A stretch of 37,680 nt of DNA, taken from positions 1-37,680 of IMG/VR virus record IMGVR_UViG_3300030330_004683; one strand, written 5' to 3'. This stretch comes from a virus. Its lineage: Duplodnaviria; Caudoviricetes. Positions 27,498-33,931 of the stretch are shown one piece after another. Position 1 is the stretch's first letter, and the number at the start of each line of letters is the position of its first letter. The notes below the pieces were generated by a model. It made no database searches and was not told the DNA's origin. It was given only the letters and a program-made list of their open reading frames with translations. Both the position numbers and the translations under genes were made by a program.

Positions 27498-27782
27498 ATG
27501 GCACAATTTACAGAAGCACAAGCTCAATCATCATCTTTAGAATCTTGTCATAAAGAGTTTACCGATGGTGACTTTGCTTATTGGGTATTGAGAGTATCGG
27601 GTTCAGATGGACAACATCATCAGTTTGTTGACCACGACTTAGAAGAAAATGCTAGTATATCTGATATTAAATCTAAATTGATTGGACATTTAACTGAATC
27701 ACAATTTTATGTAGCACCAACACCACCTGTGATAAGTTCCTCAGTTGAGTTTGGTTCAAATGTCGGAGATAAACTAGGTTAA
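27498..27782 (+). CDS. Hypothetical protein
   Basis: SD AGGA, ORF track. Confidence 0.65.
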   Translation: MAQFTEAQAQSSSLESCHKEFTDGDFAYWVLRVSGSDGQHHQFVDHDLEENASISDIKSKLIGHLTESQFYVAPTPPVISSSVEFGSNVGDKLG

Positions 27783-27798
27783 TTTATAGGAGAGTGAA

Positions 27799-29097
27799 AT
27801 GTTAAAGAAGTTATTAGTAGGGTTGTTATTAACATCTTCTGTATTAGCTGAAAACGAAATATGGAAGTTTTTAAAATATTCTACAGCATATGGTAGTTTT
27901 AGTTTAAATGCACCACGATATCAAGATGATAGATTTGCTATTGTAGGTGGATTATCTACTGGTGTTCTTGAGGTCGAGAGAACCGAAAGAGAACTAAAAC
28001 CTGATTTTCAAACTTCTTTTGGACTTCGTAAGATAGGTCGTTTTCAATATGAACCAAAAAGAGGTGTTAAGTCAGCTGGTAAGGGTGGAACTTGGTACGA
28101 TGGTTCAGAACAGAACTCTAACGAAAGTGCTACATTCGGACCTGTTAAAGGTTGGGAGTATCTAATCAAATGGTCAGAAGGTAGACAATGGGGTAATGAT
28201 TACGAAAACCAAGAGTTTTGGTTAAGATACATCGGTGAATATCTAATGGCTAAGATTGGTTGGACAGAGTTAGGTCTTGAAGATATTAGTTATGGACAAG
28301 GTGATATCAGAATACATCTTACACCTGAAGCACTTGGAAACAAACTACACTTTTCTGTGGGTGTTAAACACAGACAACATCCTGTATACGGATTCGATGC
28401 TATGATTCTTGATACCACTTGGTATAAGGGGCAGTGGTGGAACTTTGCTGAAGATGCTTTTGGTATCGATGATAACCAATGGTTTGATCCGACAATGCAG
28501 AATCCTGATACATCGACAGGATGGCATAGTCAACAATTATATGAGATAGATCCTGTTACTGGTCAACTTAGACCAATAGAAGGTGATGGACCTTTTTGGA
28601 ATGGTAGAGGTGAGTATTGGGGACATGATTGGTTGTGGAGAGATGCTAGTGGAAAGATATTTGCTTACACAGACAGAGAGTATTTTATCTACCACTTCCC
28701 ACGAGAGTTAGAAAGATACATTGGTGGTAAGAAAAAAGACTTAGGATATCAGAGTGAAACATCTTTGGTATTAGGTATTGATTTTTATCACTACGATGAG
28801 AATTGGTGGATACATACATGGGGTAATTGGTTACCCATACATTATGGACACACCGACCATGCTTATCATAACGCTGCTCATTATCAAACTCATTTAGAGG
28901 AAGGTAAAGAAGCTAGTGATTTTATGTTCATGGAGCCGATGTGGCATGATTGGAATGACTATGACTTTGGTGCTATCTTTGGTGTAAAGATAAAAGATAA
29001 CTTAGGTGTATTTACTGAGGGTAGATACTTATATTATTGGGAACGACCAGCATACGACATTAAGTTTGGTATGAACTATCAGTTTGTAGGTTGGTAA
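27799..29097 (+). CDS. Secreted protein, predicted outer-membrane beta-barrel
   Basis: Sec signal MLKKLLVGLLLTSSVLA. Aromatic-rich amphipathic strands (DFGAIFGVKI, LGVFTEGRYL). Terminal YDIKFGMNYQF beta-signal-like strand. Confidence 0.65.
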   Translation: MLKKLLVGLLLTSSVLAENEIWKFLKYSTAYGSFSLNAPRYQDDRFAIVGGLSTGVLEVERTERELKPDFQTSFGLRKIGRFQYEPKRGVKSAGKGGTWYDGSEQNSNESATFGPVKGWEYLIKWSEGRQWGNDYENQEFWLRYIGEYLMAKIGWTELGLEDISYGQGDIRIHLTPEALGNKLHFSVGVKHRQHPVYGFDAMILDTTWYKGQWWNFAEDAFGIDDNQWFDPTMQNPDTSTGWHSQQLYEIDPVTGQLRPIEGDGPFWNGRGEYWGHDWLWRDASGKIFAYTDREYFIYHFPRELERYIGGKKKDLGYQSETSLVLGIDFYHYDENWWIHTWGNWLPIHYGHTDHAYHNAAHYQTHLEEGKEASDFMFMEPMWHDWNDYDFGAIFGVKIKDNLGVFTEGRYLYYWERPAYDIKFGMNYQFVGW

Positions 29098-29110
29098 ATA
29101 GGAGAAAACA

Positions 29111-29161
29111 ATGAAGAAATGTGATTGTTGTGATTGCTGTAATTGTGGGTGTGGATGTTAG
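29111..29161 (+). CDS. 16-aa Cys-rich micropeptide MKKCDCCDCCNCGCGC (not in ORF track)
   Basis: SD AGGAG (29100-04) optimally spaced to ATG at 29111. Stop TAG 29159-61 lies 1 nt before the next ATG. Confidence 0.7.
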   Translation: MKKCDCCDCCNCGCGC

Positions 29162-29162
29162 A

Positions 29163-29729
29163 ATGAAGAGATTGTTATTATTAGTAGGATTGTTGTTTTG
29201 GAGTTGTGAAGATGACAGAACAGAAGAACCATTAGTAGAGAACATTCAGATGTGGGTTAATGGTACAGAGATTATAGCTCGTGAATACTACGAGAGTATC
29301 ACTACATACGGAGCATCTGAAGTACAAGAAGATGGTTCTGTAAAGAAGATATTCGTACTACACTTTCAGAGAGAAGATGGTAGGATTACACCTGAAAAGG
29401 AACATTACGCTTTGATTATGTATGACAATGCTGGTCAAGATAATGGACAACCAATAGATGAAAAACTATACTTAGGTGGTACACAAATGGATTCATTACT
29501 ACTACAAACTACAAGTGGTAGAATCACATTAGAGATTGTAGGTCTATCTGATTACACAGAGTTCTCACAAGCATCAATCGATAAGTATGAAGATGGTTTG
29601 GTAAGTGGTATGGCTGATGGATACTTCTTCAATCCATACAGAGACGAAATGCAACATGGTATAATAATATTTGATAACTTGGAAGTAGGAACAGATCCTG
29701 AGGCTACTTTCTATCAAGGAATATATTAG
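29163..29729 (+). CDS. Lipoprotein
   Basis: True start ATG at 29163: MKRLLLLVGLLFWS-C-EDD lipobox with acidic residues after Cys. Confidence 0.8.
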   Translation: MKRLLLLVGLLFWSCEDDRTEEPLVENIQMWVNGTEIIAREYYESITTYGASEVQEDGSVKKIFVLHFQREDGRITPEKEHYALIMYDNAGQDNGQPIDEKLYLGGTQMDSLLLQTTSGRITLEIVGLSDYTEFSQASIDKYEDGLVSGMADGYFFNPYRDEMQHGIIIFDNLEVGTDPEATFYQGIY

Positions 29730-30388
29730 TGAATGGTGATATCAAAATAGGAAAGTTACTTTGTGATGAGGACATCATTACGAAGAGACAACTAAACAAA
29801 GCCTTACAAAAACAGGTTAAGGGAGACAAACGTACTCTCGGAGAGATACTTGTTGATTTAGGTTTTTGTGATTTTGATGAGATTACCAATGCTCTTTTAA
29901 ATAATGATTCTGATACAAAGAAACATGAAGAGAAACAACAAGAGATTGTACCTGATGTCAAAGACATTCCTCCTGTTGAGCCAGAACCTATAGTAGAAGA
30001 ACCAAAGAAAGAAGAACCAATAGAACTATCTGAAGAAAAAGTTATGGGTACAAAATTTACAATGTCACTACAGACATTGGGTGCTTTAATTGCTGTGATA
30101 GCTAGTGGTATCGGTGGTTACTATATGTTACTACAAGAGATAGAAGAAGCAAAACAATTACCAGAACCACCATCTATCGAATCTATATTTGGTGATGAGT
30201 ATCCATCTAAACCTGATGGACATAACTGGCCTCGTTCATACGAACAATACAAAACACAAGTTGGTGGACTACAAAAAGATATGGATGATGTATTCGATAT
30301 CATTGATGAGTATGAAGAGAAGATTGAAGAATTAGAAAAATTAGTATCCAACCTTAGAGTAGAGGTTGCTAAGAAGAAAGATAAATAG
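29729..30388 (+). CDS. MshEN-domain (c-di-GMP-receptor-like) single-TM coiled-coil protein
   Basis: KIGKLLCDEDIITKRQLNKALQKQ and (R)TLGEILVDLGFCDFDEITNALL match the tandem RLGxxLLxxGLIxxxxLxxxLxxQ motif. Pro/Glu linker, TM, C-terminal coiled coil. Confidence 0.8.
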   Translation: MNGDIKIGKLLCDEDIITKRQLNKALQKQVKGDKRTLGEILVDLGFCDFDEITNALLNNDSDTKKHEEKQQEIVPDVKDIPPVEPEPIVEEPKKEEPIELSEEKVMGTKFTMSLQTLGALIAVIASGIGGYYMLLQEIEEAKQLPEPPSIESIFGDEYPSKPDGHNWPRSYEQYKTQVGGLQKDMDDVFDIIDEYEEKIEELEKLVSNLRVEVAKKKDK

Positions 30389-30397
30389 GAGTTATTT

Positions 30398-30772
30398 ATG
30401 AGATATTTATTGTGGTTATTTTTAATCCTTTCTGTATCACTCGGACAGATAAACGATAAGAATTTCAAAGAGAAGGTAAATGGTGGAATGGTTGTCGTAA
30501 TAGTTACTGCTGAGTGGCAAGAACAAGACTTTGATGAGGATATTCTAAAGGGTGTAAAAGGATATCAAGATTGTAAGATTATCAGAGTCAAGAGTGAAGA
30601 TGCTCCAAAGGTTGTAAAGAAACTTAGATTCAGAAACTTTCCATCATTAGCTCTATTTTACGATGGTTCTAAAAAGAAAACTTGGAAAGCTGATATGGAT
30701 GGGGAGTTAGATATTGATAATCGTGACATTAAAGGTTCTATAGATGATGTCCTAGCAGAAGATGTATTCTAA
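30398..30772 (+). CDS. Secreted thioredoxin-fold protein lacking CXXC
   Basis: Signal peptide. INDKNFKEKV..MVVVIVTAEWQEQD (WCxxC replaced), cis-Pro motif RNFPSLALFYDG. Confidence 0.75.
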   Translation: MRYLLWLFLILSVSLGQINDKNFKEKVNGGMVVVIVTAEWQEQDFDEDILKGVKGYQDCKIIRVKSEDAPKVVKKLRFRNFPSLALFYDGSKKKTWKADMDGELDIDNRDIKGSIDDVLAEDVF

Positions 30773-30792
30773 TGATACACCTTGTTTAATTT

Positions 30793-30808
30793 TGTTACAT
30801 GTGTAACA
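30793..30808. promoter_or_regulatory. Palindrome TGTTACA-TG-TGTAACA, candidate enhancer (UAS) for a sigma54 activator
   Basis: Perfect 7-bp inverted repeat that fits TGT-N10-ACA, about 100 bp upstream of the -24 box. Confidence 0.5.
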
Positions 30809-30813
30809 TTTTG

Positions 30814-30843
30814 AAAACCTCACTTTTTAGTGGGGTTTTTTTT
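30814..30843 (+). terminator. Rho-independent terminator
   Basis: AAAACCTCACT-TTTT-AGTGGGGTTTT stem followed by T run. Confidence 0.85.
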
Positions 30844-30902
30844 GCACTCCTCTAACTTCAACAATAATACAAAATAAAAAAAAATTTAAAAAAACGGGTA
30901 CT

Positions 30903-30919
30903 TTGGTACACTTCTTGTA
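30903..30919 (+). promoter_or_regulatory. sigma54 (RpoN) -24/-12 promoter
   Basis: TTGGTAC-ACTTC-TTGTA vs consensus TGGYAC-N5-TTGCW. Exact GG-N10-G spacing with C-to-T at -12. Confidence 0.65.
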
Positions 30920-30954
30920 TTATATAGGTAACAACATTAATACGGAGAACCGAA

Positions 30955-31626
30955 ATGTATAAAACAATAAAAGAAATCTTGAATAAAATATTCAAGACAC
31001 TTAAAAAAAGAAATGGAAACTCACTCGCTGAATTTGCTGTTACCACAGCTATGATGGCAACTCTTGCTACAACAGCTGCTCCACGATTTGCTAGTATTGG
31101 TGAGTCTGCTAAAGAAAAGAAGACTATGGCAAACATAGATAGAATTATAGCAGCTGCTAACAATCACTATATGGAATCATTAGAACAAGAAGGTCGTGGT
31201 AGATTTCCAGGACAAATAAAGTATAATGTTCCAGTAGGTGGTGTAGATTTAGGAGAAGGACAATTAACTGTAGATGCTTTGGAGGCATTTCAAGATAACA
31301 TTTTACCTGGTCTAACATCTGCTGACGATGATATAGGTTCATACTTTGTATATGCTTTTGCTTTATCATCTGATGACCAAGATGCTGTAGAACAAGGAAT
31401 ATTAGTATCAGGATCTAATGCTGGATATGATACAGATGCTCCTTTTGTAGCTGATGAACTTAGATTTCAGTTTTCTCGTGCTCTTGTAGATTCACCTTAC
31501 CAAGATGGTGCATATGTGATATTAGTAATACCTGGTAGTGGAACAGGAACACTTGCTGAACCACCAGCGTTAGTTGTAGCTGATATGGAGAATCCAGCTA
31601 AACTACATAAAACTTTAGTACCTTAA
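30955..31626 (+). CDS. Atypical type IV pilin/pseudopilin
   Basis: Basic leader KKRNG|NSLAEFAVTTAMMATLATTAAPRF: G-1, E+5, P+22, but Asn at +1. Confidence 0.8.
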   Translation: MYKTIKEILNKIFKTLKKRNGNSLAEFAVTTAMMATLATTAAPRFASIGESAKEKKTMANIDRIIAAANNHYMESLEQEGRGRFPGQIKYNVPVGGVDLGEGQLTVDALEAFQDNILPGLTSADDDIGSYFVYAFALSSDDQDAVEQGILVSGSNAGYDTDAPFVADELRFQFSRALVDSPYQDGAYVILVIPGSGTGTLAEPPALVVADMENPAKLHKTLVP

Positions 31627-31656
31627 TCTTAACTTCATAACATGAAAGGCAATATA

Positions 31657-32100
31657 ATGAAGAATAACAAAAACGGGTTTACCTTAATAGAACTTATTAT
31701 GGTAATGATAATATTAGGAGTATTATCTGCTGTCGCTATACCAAGATACTTAGAGACGATTGAAAATGCTGAAGAAGCAGCTGAAGATGCTGTCATAAGT
31801 AATATTGGAGTGGCTTTAGAAAACTATGCTATTCACAAGTTAGTGAAAAGTGGTAGAGGAATATGGCCAGATAATCCTTTTGATGCTCTAAAAGAAAAAC
31901 CACAATCATATACTAACGATGGAACAAACGCTGATTCTGATAACGAATGGACATTCGTAGTAGGAACACCATCTTATATCACTCATCAAAGAGCTGATAA
32001 TAAGAGATTTAAATGGGAGTATGATGCTGGAATCAACACAGGAACAGACGCTGACACTACAGGCTTTTTAGGTAGTAGAGAAAGTCTGTTAAGTGAATAA
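31657..32100 (+). CDS. Type IV pilin (MshA-like)
   Basis: MKNNKNG|FTLIELIMVMIILGVLSAVAIPRY class III signal. ATG at 31657 has SD AAAGG (alternative start 31642). Confidence 0.92.
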   Translation: MKNNKNGFTLIELIMVMIILGVLSAVAIPRYLETIENAEEAAEDAVISNIGVALENYAIHKLVKSGRGIWPDNPFDALKEKPQSYTNDGTNADSDNEWTFVVGTPSYITHQRADNKRFKWEYDAGINTGTDADTTGFLGSRESLLSE

Positions 32101-32560
32101 TAAAGGATTCACTATGATTGAGTTGATTTTGGTGATGATAATCATTGGAATACTAGCGGCTATCTCAGTACCAAGATTCACACAAATTGTCCGACAATCT
32201 GAAGCAGCATCTGAACAAGGTGTTCTCGTAAATTTAGTTGCTGCTTTAGATACTTATAGTCAAGAACAATTCATTGAGGATGGTGTATTAAGTTGGCCTG
32301 TTAATCCTTTTGATGCTCTAAACAAAGTACCACCATCATATGATAAAACTCAATCTACACTCATGAGTGAGATGGATGATAGTGATTGGATTTTTACAGG
32401 TGAAGCAAGTAATGATTATAAAAACTCAATCGTTCATCGTAGAAAAGAAGACAGTCTAGCAGTATGGACTTATAATCCAACAACGGGTGAGATTGGATAT
32501 TCTAATCCACCATACAAGCCAAATCAGATTGTGTATAGACCTGATTTACAAGGACAATAA
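32093..32560 (+). CDS. Type IV pilin
   Basis: MNNKG|FTMIELILVMIIIGILAAISVPRF. Confidence 0.92.
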   Translation: MNNKGFTMIELILVMIIIGILAAISVPRFTQIVRQSEAASEQGVLVNLVAALDTYSQEQFIEDGVLSWPVNPFDALNKVPPSYDKTQSTLMSEMDDSDWIFTGEASNDYKNSIVHRRKEDSLAVWTYNPTTGEIGYSNPPYKPNQIVYRPDLQGQ

Positions 32561-33001
32561 ATGACAACACTAAAAAAGAAACTACAAAAAGGGTTTTCTT
32601 TAGTTGAGTTAGTAATGGTTATGGTCATCTTGGGTATTTTAGCATCTGTTGCTGTACCTAAGATGACTAATGTACTTAGTCAAGCATCTGAAAGAGCAGA
32701 GAAATCAACAGTAGACCAAATGTGGGCTGGATGTGAATCTTATGCTAACGATAAACTAATAGAACAAGGAACAGAGACATGGCCGTTTAATCCTTTAACG
32801 ACATTTGGTAGAACTCGTAATACTAAAATCACACTTGATTTAGGAGTACCTGATGAAAGAAATGAATGGCAGTTTAGTCTCATAGATGCTGGAGAACCAG
32901 CAGTATTTCACATGAGAACTGATTATGAAATATATTATTATACTTATGATAGTCTTCAGTTTGAACTTGCTGAAGAGCCAGTCAGATACATCGCCCCTTG
33001 A
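32561..33001 (+). CDS. Type IV pilin
   Basis: KKKLQKG|FSLVELVMVMVILGILASVAVPKM. Confidence 0.92.
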   Translation: MTTLKKKLQKGFSLVELVMVMVILGILASVAVPKMTNVLSQASERAEKSTVDQMWAGCESYANDKLIEQGTETWPFNPLTTFGRTRNTKITLDLGVPDERNEWQFSLIDAGEPAVFHMRTDYEIYYYTYDSLQFELAEEPVRYIAP

Positions 33002-33548
33002 TATTAGACAAACATCAGAATCTAAAAGAGATGTTGTTTATGGACAAGATTGTGATGATACAGAATATCGTAATGAATGGGGAACACCTAATTGGAAAAA
33101 CTATGGTAAGTGGTTATCCGAATGTGACTCAATTCAATCAGTAACTTTAGATAAAGAGTTTGCTGAAAGGCAAAAAAAACAACAAAGAGAAAAAGCCATA
33201 CAAGATAGTATAGAAGCATTAGAATATGAAAATATAGATTTAGATGTGGATGCTATGTGGGAAAATACGGTATGGGAAGAAATTCAAGATGTTACAGATG
33301 TATATGGTGAAGTAGAACAAATCACAGCAGTTGCTGGTGTTCGTGGAGCAGAAGCTGAAGACGAAGCATTAGAACATCTTTATTATAGAAAGTCCATGAA
33401 AAAACTAGCATTAGAAGATTTACAAAAAGCTTATGGTAAGTTAAAAATCAAAAGAGACGAACTTATCAAGGTTAATCCCAATCATCCAAAACTTAAAAAG
33501 ATAGATAATCTAATATCTCAGTTAGAATATAAAATGAAAAAAGTTTAA
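32925..33548 (+). CDS. Secreted helical protein
   Basis: Signal peptide MKYIIILMIVFSLNLLKS|Q, two Cys, ITAVAGVRGAE motif. Overlaps last pilin by 77 nt. Confidence 0.65.
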   Translation: MKYIIILMIVFSLNLLKSQSDTSPLDIRQTSESKRDVVYGQDCDDTEYRNEWGTPNWKNYGKWLSECDSIQSVTLDKEFAERQKKQQREKAIQDSIEALEYENIDLDVDAMWENTVWEEIQDVTDVYGEVEQITAVAGVRGAEAEDEALEHLYYRKSMKKLALEDLQKAYGKLKIKRDELIKVNPNHPKLKKIDNLISQLEYKMKKV

Positions 33549-33571
33549 CATCTGTCTTTCCACTTTACGTT

Positions 33572-33580
33572 ATATTTATA
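33572..33580 (+). promoter_or_regulatory. Candidate phage late promoter ATATTTATA
   Basis: 6 nt before ATG at 33587, no SD. Confidence 0.6.
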
Positions 33581-33586
33581 AATGTA

Positions 33587-33931
33587 ATGGTACATCTAAA
33601 AGACATATTCAACGAACTCATAGAAGACAACACCTGTGTCAATTGTGGAAATATCGTAGATGAAAATTTACGAAAGTGGTTTAAAGACCGATGGGTAAAT
33701 ATCGGTAAGAAAGATAAATCAGGTAAACACCCACCATGTGGTACAAGTGGTAAGAAGAGAGGATACGCTAAATGTGTTCCAGCTTCTAAAGCATCTCGTA
33801 TGACTAAAAAAGAAAAAGAATCTGCTACTCGTAGAAAACGAGCGGCTCAGAATAAAGCTGGTAGAGGTGGTAAGGCATCACCAGGACAAGGTAAGGCACC
33901 AATAAGAGTTTCTACCAAACCAAAGAAGTAA
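33587..33931 (+). CDS. Basic phage protein (DUF5872-like)
   Basis: LRKWFKDRWVNIG..PCG..YAKCVPASKA..MT..EK..ATRRKR module recalled from large phages. Family name from memory. Confidence 0.6.
   Translation: MVHLKDIFNELIEDNTCVNCGNIVDENLRKWFKDRWVNIGKKDKSGKHPPCGTSGKKRGYAKCVPASKASRMTKKEKESATRRKRAAQNKAGRGGKASPGQGKAPIRVSTKPKK

Noticed and set aside
29121-29162. 14-aa N-terminal extension of the lipoprotein given in the ORF track
   Set aside because: The SD fits ATG 29111 (micropeptide), and the lipobox signal is canonical only from ATG 29163
26958-33548. Envelope/pilin block as host chromosome flanking a prophage
   Set aside because: Phage genes flank both sides on the same strand with similar composition, and there is no integrase or housekeeping gene. 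An assembly chimera cannot be excluded without reads
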